Shown piece after piece: positions 9,370 to 21,913 of a stretch of DNA of 39,590 bases; the stretch's first letter is position 1, and every line of letters starts with the position of its first letter. The notes under the pieces were generated by a model. The model was not told the DNA's origin. It saw only the letters and a list, made by a program, of their open reading frames with translations, and ran no database searches. The DNA lies in the NCBI RefSeq assembly GCF_001194135.2, contig NC_068982.1, forward strand, positions 39,310,875-39,350,464. The letters are read 5' to 3'. This DNA comes from Octopus bimaculoides (lineage: Eukaryota). Position numbers and translations under genes: made by a program.

Positions 9370-11640
9370 ACTATAATGACCCTTGTTTAAATCTATGTTT
9401 GGTAGGAATTATTTGTGTAAATGTTTGTCAATACCAAATCATTTGTTATGATTTGCTTGATCGAATTAAATATTATTTTCAGACAAAATCAACAGCACAT
9501 GATAACATTTGAAACTTAGCATTATGCGCATGTTTGCCTGGATTTCTTTTGTTTGGAAACGCTTCAGTTTAATTTCCTCAAGTGACTTATTACAAGGCGC
9601 ATTCCAAAGTTTTGAAGCTTTTTCAGAAGAGACATTAAATTTTAAAGAATCACAAAGCTCTAATCTCTTTCAGATTAGGATCCTGTAACATTAATACACT
9701 TGTAGTAGCTCTACAGTCACTTCGTGAAGGCTCCATTGAAGTCCTCCAAACTGAAGGTGTCCAGGACACTTGTCACAGCCTCCTTCATCTTCTTCAGCCT
9801 GGAGAACCACCAGAATTCACAGGGATCAAAATCTGGACTCTAAGGAGTATGAGGGACAGTTTTGACGCCCATTTCCATCAAGTAGTTTGTTACCATGATG
9901 GAATTTTGGTTTAGTGAATTGCCCTGATATACGTGCTCTGATATTTTACGACGAAATCTCTTCCTGAACTCCCTCAAAATCTCCACTAAGTAATCTTTGT
10001 TAAGCACCTGACTAGAGGAAACCTGTGAATATAGATGATGCACTTGCTGTCGACAGAAGAGAATCATCATGAGCTTCCATGCGGCTTTGCTTTGCCTGGC
10101 CTCTGGTGCGAGTGAAAAAATAGATGCTCGCCTCATACAAGTTAATTCATAAGCAATCTGGTGCATTTCATAAGTTTCTGTGGTTATTTTACCTAGTTCA
10201 GCAAAACTTTATTGCATAGCGAGCTTCTAGCTTGTCTTTATGCCCCGACTGCATTCAGCAAAATTGTCAGCTGTGACAACCACTGTCTAGTAGGGTATGT
10301 TCAAAGTGTCGTTACAATCATCTCCTTCAGTCTGGAATTCAAAAAGATATGCAGCTTGGTTTAGTAGATGTATAGTAATGATATACTAAAATTACAATAA
10401 TCTAGGACAGTTATAAGCGCCTCTCCTAAAAAATTCTGAAAACTTCTGGAATGTACCTCGTAGGTTCCTCAAACTTTTCGAATATGCCACAAATTATTGA
10501 TTGGCAAAGCGATTTCTCACCCGGAAAGAAATCTGAAATATCTAAGTTCTTCATCTTCTAAGTTTGCTAGACGTCTCTAACCTCATTCCTTTGACATCGG
10601 ACTTTTGTATGCAGTAAGATTGCTGAAATAGGATTCCGCATCCTAACATAGATTTGCAAATAGATTATTATTCATTGTGTGACATTTAACGAAAGTGATA
10701 ATTTTAACTTCACCATCTATCACTGCATTTAGCTCAGAACGTTTTTTTAGCCACTAATGCCTTCAATGCAATGAGTGAATATATGCATTGCAGTATTAAA
10801 TTTAGCCTGAAATACTGTTTTTACAGTCATTGCTACCGTATTATTGTTATTCCACCTCAGACGCAACTTCTTTAAAAAAAAAAAACATGGTGCACTTTGA
10901 AGAAAACAAATTTATTTGTTGTATGTTCATCTAATAATCAACAAAATAATAAGTCCTTGTGCATATTATTTTCATATGGCTCTGATAAATTCCAGTAATT
11001 GAGTCACATTTGCATTGTCAGTGAATTTGTCAAACTGAATCACAAACTTAGCACTTTCTTTAATTCTGCTCAAATTGGTTATTGAACATTCCTGCAATTC
11101 CTTTACATACTGTATTATTTGACATTCGATTTTTCTAATTTAGCCCACATAGTTCTTTCCGCAATAGTTCCTTTGAATCTGTCTATTTACTGATGGCAAC
11201 ACAAGATCTTCGTCAAAGTGTATGTCTTATATTTTTAATTAAACATCGGACCCTATAATATGCTCTTTTATTATGTTTCTTTTTAAACTAGTGTATGGTT
11301 TTCAAAAATTTTCTGATTTTCAAAGATTTCAGTAATCTTTCAATAAGCATTAACGAATCACTTCAGTCAGAAACATAACTAATATCATGATACCTTTTTC
11401 ATTTAAGCGGCTTCATAATTTTATTCCTACGTATTCCAAACAATTTAAGCCGATTGAACGGCGCTCTTCGTGTCTAAGAGCAAAAATAAACATATGTAGC
11501 AAAAAGATTCGTTGTACTTCCTTTTTTTTGTGGAGCATTGTTCAGCTTCTACAGTTTGGTTCACTTTCCGATTCTTGTTCCTGCATACACACGTTCTACA
11601 GGAACTATTATTCAATATTAAATTTAACCGTTTATGCATG
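9370..11640 (-). mobile_element. Decayed hAT-superfamily (Buster/Charlie, ZBED5/FAM200-like) transposase gene, interrupted by a mariner
   Basis: Manual minus-strand translation across stops and frameshifts gives collinear motifs: STKKRKYNES; MKPLK*KR; AYYRVRCLIKNIRHT; DEDLVLPS; NNTVCKGIAGM; IKESAKFVIQFDKFTDNANVTQLLEFIR; YENNMHKDLLFC*LLDEHTT; IFTHCI; SELNAVIDGEVKIITFVK; LHTKVR; IFEKFEEPNKSL. No TIRs found. Confidence 0.85.
9593..10460 (-). mobile_element. Internally deleted mariner (Tc1/mariner) element with imperfect TIRs and TA target-site duplication
   Basis: TIRs 9593-9614 and 10438-10460 match 18/23, with TA at 9591-9592 and 10461-10462. ORF 9840..10166 has ARQSK..K.MMILF, VLNKDYLVEILREFRKRFRRK and VTNYLMEMGVKTVPHTP, and continues past TAG into SPDFDPCEFW...MKEAVTSVLDT..EDFNGAF, the YSPDLAPCDF region. 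Confidence 0.92.
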
Positions 11641-14009
11641 GGAAGGCACTTTCAATTCTGCGCAATAAAAATTAATACTTTGTAAATAACTATAAAAATA
11701 AACTGAAAACAATAAGTAACTTGAATTAGTCAAGAACAATCTATATTTATAAGTATTTAAATATCATAAATTCGAAATTAAAGACTTATTTTTATAAGTA
11801 TTGAATTGATTTTATGTGATATAAAGTTCTTCTGGAAATTTAAAAATTTTAAAATATAGGTCATTATTTCTGGACCTTGGGAGTAAAGTGTCTACAGTCG
11901 AAGTTAAATTATCTCAAAAGGCATCTACTGTTGCACTATAACTAATTGCCTGTATATGAAACATATTTCTTGATGGTAACTTCAAGTTCATACATGTAAA
12001 CACACATCGTTTGAACGCCACTCGTTAAAAAAAAACACAACAACAAAAAGCGCACTTCCCTCTTCTTAGATCGTTAATATACGACTGAACGAAAAACAAA
12101 GGGTGCCAAATGTTGCAAAGCACACTATCTAACATGCTTCAAATCATTATATAATCAAAATTTCATTATACTAACCTAATAAAAATGAGTGTTGAAAAAA
12201 AGAGAAAGAACGATTTTATTTGTAGATGCTTGGCTGCATCATCGACAAAAATGTTTTCCTCATATTTTCTCTTTCTTTTTTTTTTATTTTAGAATATTGC
12301 AGTAACCATTAGATGTGGTCGGTCTCAGTGTATAATACCTCGTAAATTAAGCAAGAACAGAGAAAAGGGTTATGCAGCTCTCTGTTGTTCTGTTCTTGTA
12401 CAGAATTCGTTTCATATTTGTATTATATTTCTCATAGACAAATTTTCTTGCGTGTATATTTTAAGCATCTTTTTTTTATACTCAGATAAAATACTCTCAT
12501 AAAAAGCAAACAATTTTTGGTAATCTCTGTGAATATTCCGTGATATCGGATAATTTTTTCACAACACCCTTTGGGTAGCGACCCATTGCTTAAGAAAAAA
12601 ATAAGTGAACTAGTTAGAATAAAATATTTCACCTGACCTTGTTTTATCTTGACCGTTTCCAATTTGTTCTCTCTAGCAATGTGTTCTAGAAAAACACACA
12701 GGAATGCAATACGATTTAATCTCGACAGAAACGCTAAAATAATCGCTCACACACGCATACACTTGCACATGCAATCTCTCTTACGTTCTCTCTGACTCTC
12801 TCTTTCTTTCAGTCATCCTTTGTCTACTGCCTTCTCTTGCTCTCTGTTACAGGTTTGCTATTCATGCTGTCCATTCATTCACTCCCATGCACACAATTAT
12901 ACTTTTTATTGAAATTGGCATTTACTATAATTCTTCCTCTTCTCCTTTTTCTCTCTCTATTTTTAACCTGCTTCCACCCCTTCCTTTCTACTTTGCTCTT
13001 TCCTTTCTTTTCTATTATGCATTCTTACTCTTAAATTTTTGCAATCCGCATTTCTTCCCTTCCTTTCTTTTTTCGGAGGTCAATACGAGTTGGCACTATT
13101 ATCACTTTGGCACACTGTAGTGTATCTGTCACTGCTGTTATAATGGTTTCCTTTCATTAAAGATAAGACCTGCGGAATAAAGTAATGAGATATAGTGTGG
13201 TGAATTAATGCCAGTCGACATTTTGTTGTTTAAGGTTCACATATTTATGAGAATTGACACTTCATCAAGTAAATAAAAGTTCTCTTGAGTCAAAGAATAT
13301 CTTACACACATAAACACACACACTCTCTATACATATGTGTACATATACGTACATATATTTAAACACACATACACGTACATATATATAGGTTTGTGTGAAT
13401 GTGTATGTATAAATACTCCTTGACACACATATAACCATGTGTGTGTGTGTGGTGTGCATAGTGTATGTGTGTGTGTGAAGGGGACGTATTTGTATCTGCC
13501 TTACATTATGAAGGCTATGGTGGAGATTTAGCAATAATGTTTTACGTTTTCTTGCATTGCAAGGTAAAAAAAAAAGATGATCTGACGACTAACAAGTAGC
13601 CTTAATGTTATTGAAGTGTGAGCTATATTCGCAGGAAGCTTTCCGGCCCAGCGCTTCAAGCTAACAAAAGACTCACCAATTATATCGTGGTGCATAAGCC
13701 TAGAACTGCAGCTATTATTGTAGTTGAAATTTCAACACAAAGGAAGGCTCGCTAAAGATTTCGTCCTCTTCTAAATGGTTCTACAAAATCAAAGGTATAA
13801 GAGTGGTGGTTAAGAAGTAGCGCAGTTGCTGCTGCTCTTGTTAATACTGGCTTCTGATGCGTCATCACTCCTATCATTTTCCCTTTAGTTAATTTAATGA
13901 ATACATGTGTTAGTTATCGTCTAAATTCGGTGTGTCGATTAGTGGTTACGACATTCGACGCACAATCGTAAGCGCATTTTGTCCTTGGCTCTTCAACCAG
14001 TCATTGAAG

Positions 14010-14400
14010 TTAGAGCTTGAAGAAAACCGACCGTCTTTGGTTTGAAGATGACGCGTGTTCTTCGATCAGGATAATGCTTGGTCACATACAGAGAGGATGA
14101 CATTCGAAAGGGTGGAGCAGTTTGAATGGGAAATAATGCCCCACTCGCTATATACGCCGAGCATTACCCCATTTGATTATCATTTATTCCTCAGTCTTCA
14201 AAATAATTTGGACGAAAAAATATGAATTCTGTAGACGCGGTTAGGAGAGTATTGGAGGAGTATACGCTCTTCCAGAGAGATGAACGAGTATTGTAGAAAA
14301 TGAAGCAGAGTATATTTTAGATTAAAAAAAGACTTTATCTTAATTTTGAAAAAATAAAAGAAGTATTAAAAATACCCGCATTATTTATGGAATGATCCAA
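14010..14400 (+). mobile_element. Mariner 3' fragment with right TIR
   Basis: Translation RPSLV*R*RVFFDQDNAWSHTERMTFERVEQFEWEIMPHSLYTPSITPFDYHLFLSLQN corresponds to the HQDNARPH and PHPPYSPDLAPSDYHLF motifs. A TIR-like ccgcattatttatggaatgatccaa (14376-14400) is followed by TA. Confidence 0.88.
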
Positions 14401-15169
14401 TACTTGCACGTTAATTTTACGAGTACGCCGTTTCGTTGATCGGACCAACTGATGCACTCATCGTCGTAACAGACGGAATGCTAGTTTATATGTGTGTGTG
14501 CTGGTGGTGGTGGAGGCATGTGCGCGCATGTGTGTGTATGTATATTTAGTCAAACACTGCATCTTTCTGAAATACTTAATTTATCATCCCGCAATAATTC
14601 AAATATGAATTTGCATCAACTTCAACCAATTACATTCACCCTCAAGAGTAAAAATAATGAACAACAAACAAATAAAGGCCAAAACAAGACTATCGTTTCA
14701 TGTCATACTGGAAAATTTAACTGTTGGTGTTATTTTTCTTTTATTACCACTATCAAATTATCAAAGGCTCAGTCTTTGAATTCTTGTGCTGTTCATTTTC
14801 AGGAAGAAAATTTATTAGTAGTATTTTTTGGTTTAGCTAAATTTCAAAGCATCTTTCAGCTTAATTTTATTATTGTTTGTTAAGATGCTTAAGGCTTTCA
14901 CCGCACTATGATTCTTTATGCATGTGTGTATGTATAAATACAGAAAAAAAGAGAGAGAAAGAGAGTGAGAGAGAGTGAAAGAGAGAAAGAGTGAGAGAGA
15001 GAGAGAGAGATGTGAGAGAGCAAGAGAAGAAAGTGAAACAGGCCCACTGATGTGCCGAGGACATCTTTATTGATTTCTATATACATTTATGCATGTATGT
15101 ATTCCATATGTGCCCTCCCACACACATGTTGAACTATTGACTGATTAATACTTTCTCCATATAAAGGTA

Positions 15170-16290
15170 TCTGACAACATAGCTTCCATCGCAAGCAATA
15201 CATTTGCATCATCATTGGACCCAGCACTCAAACACTCTTCGAAAAATTTCAAGTATGCACTGTTGTATCTACTTATTCACTTTGTATCATCAAATTATTG
15301 TTTCTCAAAACTGTTCCTTTGGAGCAAACAGGTGGGAGTTGGAGGGTGCGAAATCTAAGCTGTAGGGTGGCTGGAGAACCACTGAGCAGTCTAATTTGTC
15401 AGTTGTCTGATTTGTTGGTGAAGGTGTGTGTGGTCATTATATTGTCATGGTGATTGTGCATCTTTTCAAATTCTTGTTCAATCTCTACATCTTAACTTCT
15501 CTAAGTTTCTTGAGTGTTTTAATGTACTGCTTGTTGTTCACAGTACGACCACATTACAGAAAATCAAGAATTATGACACCCCCAAAAGACACCATGACTT
15601 TGTGTGCTGACTACTGGCTCGTCAACTTCTTAGGTCATAGAGAAAAGGCGTGACGTTATTCCATGTACAAAGCTTTATTTCCAGAACATAAAAATAAGGC
15701 CATGTTTCATCGCCTGTCATCAGAGCGGAAGAAACTTGTCTTCATTACATTCAGACGCTTCCATTAGATCAGTGCAAACTTCCACCGTTCACGCCTTCAA
15801 ATCCATTATCAATAACCCAGGTATCCACTTTGCACACACTTTCCGAAACCCAACGTTTTCCATTGTCTTCTGTAATGCACTGTGACCACATTTTAGCTGT
15901 GCAGGAAGCTCACGAATTATGACTCCTCCGTCCGTTCGCTATTGATTCGAGTCAGTGATTGAAACTGGTAGTCTCTCATTGTTTGGTTTGTGTAAAACAC
16001 TAGTTTTCCCATCCTTAAACTTTTCCAACTATTTATGCACAATGCTGATGCCAATGATATCATCTTTGTAAACCGTTTCTAGCCTTCCACAAATGTTGGG
16101 TAGCCTGCCCACTTTGTCAAAAATTCATTCATAGAACGTTGTTTCTGCTGGGAAATAATCATTTGCAATAAAAAAAGAACGACAAGAATTAATATAGGCG
16201 AAGAGTTACTCTAGCAAGAGATGCAATTTGAACGACCTATGTCAGTTAATAAAATGTTACATTTTTGCATTACTTTCGGTACAACCTGCG
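15170..16290 (-). mobile_element. Near full-length decayed mariner transposase with 5' TIR
   Basis: Minus-strand peptides: VGFRKVCAKWIPGLL, MTGDETWPYFY, HHDN, QPPYSLDFAPSNSHLFAP and KCIACDGSY. The 5' TIR-like cgcaggttgtaccgaaagtaatgc ends at 16290 next to TA. No 3' TIR found. Confidence 0.88.
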
Positions 16291-17181
16291 TACATGTGTG
16301 TATATAATTATCTTTGCATGTGTTCTATATGTTTTAATCTCGTATATTTATTTTTGTTGTTGTCATTTGTTGCTAATTATTTAGTTTAAATACAGTGTTA
16401 TGCATTAACGTCATTGCAAGAAAGGAACACAGAGGCTTGCTAAGTAGATCAAGAGACATCTATTGGTGTTATATATCGCAGATGCTGTGTAAAGTTAATC
16501 CTCCGTTAGCTCATGCTGCTCCTATGAAAAAATATATGCAAGCTGCCAAAGATAACTACAGCAATTATCATATTGAATAATCAAGAGATTACAGATAAAG
16601 CTATGTTTATCCACTCTAAGCGTCTTTGCCTTATTATTTATATATATCAGCAGGGGGTGTCATTATGAGATGTAGTAGCTGTAGTGAAGATGTCCGTATT
16701 AATGATGCAAGAATAGTAGTAGAGTGGGATGGATTGTAATGTTGGAGAAGGAGGTAGGGAGATTTGCTGACCTCAGAGAAGTGTAGTTCTCCTTAGAAAC
16801 GAATACACCCTGCGCGAGCTATGACGCTCAGATTAAAAGCAAAACCACAAATAAATACAACAGCATAAAATCTCGAGTAAACAATTACACACACACGCAC
16901 ACAAACACTCACATAACACACACACACACACACACACACACTCTCTCTCTCTCTCACACACACACACTATTTTTTACAAGCTGAGTCTGTGTGAGTTCAC
17001 TAGTTGGAATTCTCGTTTCCGACCTTTAGTCGCCTGAAGATCAGACACGAGGAACTGCGAATAGATTCACGTGCAGAAATAGCCTTATGTAAATAATGAT
17101 ATTTTACTCTAGCTAACGTTATTGAGTACTCTTCTACATGTCACGCAAGTGTGAAACGGACAAAACTATCCATTATGTATC

Positions 17182-17290
<109 letters not shown>

Positions 17291-17541
17291 GAAAGAGTGT
17301 GAGTGAAGGATTATGTGCATGTGTGTGTTGATTATGAAAAATGTTATTATGCAAAAATTCCTGATCCTCATTTACGAATTTTTCATAGCTCTTTCTTATC
17401 CCATCCTATTTTTTAGATAAAACCACAGATCCTTACTGCATCGATATAACTAGACTGTGCATTTTTCAAAATCTGTTACATGAATATTCGAACCGTGTAT
17501 TATACCTGCTTTTTCTAGGAAAGATTCAAAGAATGATGTGT

Positions 17542-17774
17542 AAAGGCGGTGAGCTGGCAGAACGGTTGGCGCACCGGGCGAAATGCTTAGCGGTATTTCG
17601 TCTACCGTTACGTTCTGAGTTCAAATTCCGCCGAGGTCGACTTTGCCTTTCATCCTTTTGGGGTCGATAAATTGAGTACCAGTTACGCACTGGGGTCGAT
17701 GTAATCGACTTAATCCCTTTGTCTGTCCTTGTTTGTCCCCTCTATGTTTAACCCCTTGTGGGCAATAAACAAAT
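17542..17774 (+). mobile_element. SINE family A head/core with an alternative 3' tail; full length with 13-bp TSD
   Basis: A-box-like tgagctggcagaa and B-box gagttcaaattcc (17617-17629). Direct repeat aagaatgatgtgt at 17529-17541 and 17775-17787. Confidence 0.93.
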
Positions 17775-17936
17775 AAGAATGATGTGTCTATTTTGATTTA
17801 TTATCACGAGATGATTTTAATCTTATTTAAATTTTAGCTGCAAGAATCTGGGAGCAATCTTTAATAAAAAATACAGCTGAACTGAACACAGGCATATCTT
17901 TTTATAACACGTTTCGAAGAAAGCAAAAACTGTTCT

Positions 17937-18061
17937 ACATGCATACATGCATGCATACATGCATGCATACATGCATGCATACATGCATGCATACATACAT
18001 ACATACATACATACATACGTACACGCACACATGTTTGTGTGTGTGTGTGTGTGTATATATG

Positions 18062-18096
<35 letters not shown>

Positions 18097-18150
18097 GTGC
18101 GTGTGTATGCAAGTTTGTGTGTGTGTGTGTGTGTGTATATATACACACAC
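17937..18150. repeat. Compound alternating purine-pyrimidine repeat: 12-bp ATACATGCATGC units, (ATAC)n, then (GT)n
   Basis: Direct reading. Confidence 0.9.
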
Positions 18151-18612
18151 GTAGTTAAAGGATGTTCTTAAAGGTATAAATCCTGTGAAGATTAACTAAA
18201 GGAAGTGAATCACTATAAGTACTGAGCGTGAGATTATCCATACTTTTACTGACAGTGACATCAATGTTTCGGTACCAGTTGGCAACCTCAGTCTGTTATC
18301 TGTACGACACACCCCTATTGGCAAATCTTGGACGTCACTTTGCAATAGATTAACTATATATATATATATATATGTGAGCATATGTATATTTGAGTGTGTT
18401 TTGTGTGAGTAAGCTATCTGTTGTCATTATTAGTGTCACACTAATCCTGCACTAACCCACAGGATGTATTAAGTTGCGATTACTCACACTGAAGTGCTTA
18501 AACAATTCTTTTCTAGAGTTTGTAAAGATAGAGCTATTAGCATAATGGCTCCAAGCAGATCAATGCCATAAATTGACGCATTGTTTACCACAACATACTT
18601 ACCGTTAATGCA

Positions 18613-18836
18613 TTCTTTTTACTTGTTTTAGACATTTGACTGCGGCCATGCTGGAGCATTGCCTTTAGTCGAACAAATCAACATCAGGACTTATTCTTTG
18701 GAAGCCTAGTACTTATTCTATTGGTCTCTTTTGCCGAATCGCTAAGTTACGAGACGTAAACACACCAGCATCGGTTGTCAAGCGATGATGGGGGGACAAA
18801 CACATACACAAACATACACATACACATACACACAAG

Positions 18837-18870
<34 letters not shown>

Positions 18871-19008
18871 CACACATATACGACGGGCATCTTTCAGTTT
18901 CCTTCTACCAAATCCACTCACAAGGCTTTGGTCGGCTCGAGGCTATAGAAGACACTTGTCCAAGGTTCCACGCAGTGGGACTGAACCCTGAACTATGTGG
19001 TTGGTAAG
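18613..19008 (-). mobile_element. SINE family B (tRNA-like head, ccttgg(g/a)caag CORE-like segment, internal microsatellite, long 3' part)
   Basis: Reverse complement: cttaccaaccacatagttcagggttcagtcccactgcgtggaaccttggacaagtgtcttc...gccttgtgagtggatttggtag...gcccgtcgtat, then (TG)n and a conserved tail. Matches 19313-19644 and 27703-27964. Confidence 0.88.
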
Positions 19009-19260
19009 GCTGAAGGATAGGTGGAAAATACATAAAACTCTTCTCAAAAGATGAATGACTTTTTCGAGGAGTAGTGGCAACCGTTCTGCTTGTACTCGGA
19101 TGCCTGGAAATCATCTTCAAAGTGAAGTGCGCAGCTATGTAATTAACATATATGAATATGATCTGGAAAAGCTTTTACTCCCCACTGCCCATCCCCACAT
19201 ATTTGAGTAAAACATCTTGTGCAGAATGACAAAAAAATAGTAACACGAAAAGACACACAC

Positions 19261-19300
19261 AAGACGTAGACAAGCTGATCCCTCGTCAGTTATCGACGAA
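19261..19300 (-). repeat. Second copy of the CTGA(T/C)GAG-containing dispersed repeat
   Basis: 34/40 identity with 5468-5507. Confidence 0.75.
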
Positions 19301-19312
19301 AAATTCATGTAA

Positions 19313-19644
19313 TAGCTGTATGGCAAGAAACTTAATTACCAACCACATGGTTCCAGGCTCAGTTCCAGTCCGTGGCACCCTGGGCAAGGGTCTTTTACTA
19401 TAGCTTCGAGCCGACCAAAGCCTTGTGAGTATATTTGGTAGACGGAAACTAGAAGAAGCCCGTCTTATATATATCTATATATATGTGTGTGTGTGTATGT
19501 GTGTGTGTGTGTGCGTATGTGTGTGTGTGTGTGTGCGTGCGCGCGCGCGTGCGCGTGTATTTGTGTCGCTGTTTGTCCCCCATCACCGCTTGACTACTGG
19601 TGTTGGTGTGTTTACGAGCCCGTAACATAGCGGTTTGGAAAAAG
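19313..19644 (+). mobile_element. SINE family B, 3'-truncated
   Basis: tagctgtatggcaag...ccaaccacatggttccaggctcagttcc...ccctgggcaag...gccgaccaaagccttgtgagt...ggtagacggaaac, an internal (TA)(TG)(CG) repeat, then tttgtcccccatcaccgcttgac. Confidence 0.88.
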
Positions 19645-19679
19645 TATGGATGGGTGTTTGTATACATGTGTCTCCTGCT

Positions 19680-20010
19680 GAGTAGAACGTATGAGCCATG
19701 CAGTTGTTTTTTTTGTCAAATGAACTATCACCTCATTGAATTAGTATGTATCACTCTGTACAATTTACGGACATGTGTACTCTACTCTGATGTTGAACAG
19801 TGCGCGACAGTGTAATAAGAGTGAACCATTGAATATTGTCAACAATCCATTCATCTCCCTAATTCCATTTATAAGGCATGAGCGGTACGAGGCTACCTTG
19901 CAATGGTATGGAACCCACGTTCTCATGATTGCGATGTAAACGACGCATCGTGTCAGAAGACTGTATTCTCCACTTCCCCTGATAGATTTGATATCATTGG
20001 GTATCATCTC
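19680..20010 (-). pseudogene. Degraded RTE-clade LINE fragment (region after the RT domain)
   Basis: ORF 19765..20007 contains VYIAIMRTWVPYH and CRALFNIR. These resemble the RTE ETWVPYR and CLR.ILNI.W motifs in the expected order. Confidence 0.4.
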
Positions 20011-20436
20011 ACTCTCATTGATATTGAAAATTTTCTTCTATGCTATTCTGGAAATGTAGTCTTAAAACTGGAAGCACGCTTTAGACAATGTTGGTCTTGA
20101 TTTATAAAAGGATGCGATAATCATGGCGGAACGTAACTAATTTTAGACACATCTCAGCACGGTGAACTTAAATATAAAATTACGATCAGCTACAATAGAC
20201 TAATGGAACGCTTTTCAAGGCTACAATGCCCTCACTATCAAGAGCAAGTATATAGGCGCAGATAACGATTGTGAAGTTAAGAAGCAAACTGCTTAGCCTA
20301 TTACACTCTACCTTGGCAAGTGTCTTCTGCTTTAACCTCAGGCCGAGAAAATCTTATGCGTGGATTTGGCAGATAGAAAATGAAAGAAGCGCCTGTCACA
20401 CACACACACACACACACACGCACACACACACACACA

Positions 20437-20974
20437 NNNNNNNNNNNNNNNNNNNNNNNNNNNNNNNNNNNNNNNNNNNNNNNNNNNNNNNNNNNNNNNN
20501 NNNNNNNNNNNNNNNNNNNNNNNNNNNNNNNNNNNNNNNNNNNNNNNNNNNNNNNNNNNNNNNNNNNNNNNNNNNNNNNNNNNNNNNNNNNNNNNNNNNN
20601 NNNNNNNNNNNNNNNNNNNNNNNNNNNNNNNNNNNNNNNNNNNNNNNNNNNNNNNNNNNNNNNNNNNNNNNNNNNNNNNNNNNNNNNNNNNNNNNNNNNN
20701 NNNNNNNNNNNNNNNNNNNNNNNNNNNNNNNNNNNNNNNNNNNNNNNNNNNNNNNNNNNNNNNNNNNNNNNNNNNNNNNNNNNNNNNNNNNNNNNNNNNN
20801 NNNNNNNNNNNNNNNNNNNNNNNNNNNNNNNNNNNNNNNNNNNNNNNNNNNNNNNNNNNNNNNNNNNNNNNNNNNNNNNNNNNNNNNNNNNNNNNNNNNN
20901 NNNNNNNNNNNNNNNNNNNNNNNNNNNNNNNNNNNNNNNNNNNNNNNNNNNNNNNNNNNNNNNNNNNNNNNNNN
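20437..20974. other. Assembly gap (N run)
   Basis: N run inside (CA)n. Confidence 1.
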
Positions 20975-21032
<58 letters not shown>

Positions 21033-21650
21033 CCCCCCACATATATATATATAGGGGTATGTATGTATGTATTTTTCGATCGGAAGGCACTAAGATATGT
21101 AGCTTTAGAGAAATTTCACTGAGTACTTCTTACATGAGCAGATCTATGATGAAGCTTTCCAGTTTGGAGCATTTGCATCTTGTCTTTAGTTGGGTCTTCC
21201 TTCTCTAATTTACTTTTCTGCTATATTACGCGGTAGGGAACTGTGGGTTTCTAGCAGCTTCACCTACACCGTAGAGGCCCTTGATATTGATTTTTTAGCA
21301 CCGTATTAATCTGATCGAACTGAGCTATGGTAAGTGGCGTACAAGTCGTCACCATTCTGTCTTTGGTATAACAGAATGTACATTGTTCAATATATCTTTC
21401 ATATTTTAGTTTAAAAGGACGGAGATCCGACATGCATTTCTGATCGTATCTGTTTCTGCAGATTTCTCTATGTGAGTGTGGTTGTGCGTGCGTGCATGCG
21501 TGCGTGCATGTATATGCGTGTGAGTATGTGTGTGTGTCCATATTTGTATCGAGTCTCTGACTGATACATAAATTCACAGACACATGTACATGCTCTCACT
21601 CCTCCTATTAATATAACAACACATTCACATCATTATATATATATATATAT

Positions 21651-21913
21651 NNNNNNNNNNNNNNNNNNNNNNNNNNNNNNNNNNNNNNNNNNNNNNNNNN
21701 NNNNNNNNNNNNNNNNNNNNNNNNNNNNNNNNNNNNNNNNNNNNNNNNNNNNNNNNNNNNNNNNNNNNNNNNNNNNNNNNNNNNNNNNNNNNNNNNNNNN
21801 NNNNNNNNNNNNNNNNNNNNNNNNNNNNNNNNNNNNNNNNNNNNNNNNNNNNNNNNNNNNNNNNNNNNNNNNNNNNNNNNNNNNNNNNNNNNNNNNNNNN
21901 NNNNNNNNNNNNN
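21651..21913. other. Assembly gap (N run)
   Basis: N run inside (TA)n. Confidence 1.

Noticed and set aside
13925-14485. Mariner fragment nested in a SINE (head near 13930-13990, tail near 14403-14483)
   Set aside because: This rests on my recollection of a repeat consensus; similarity to in-window SINE heads is too weak to support it.
15700-15725. CTGATGA on the minus strand
   Set aside because: It falls inside the mariner MTGDETW coding motif and has no hammerhead stems.
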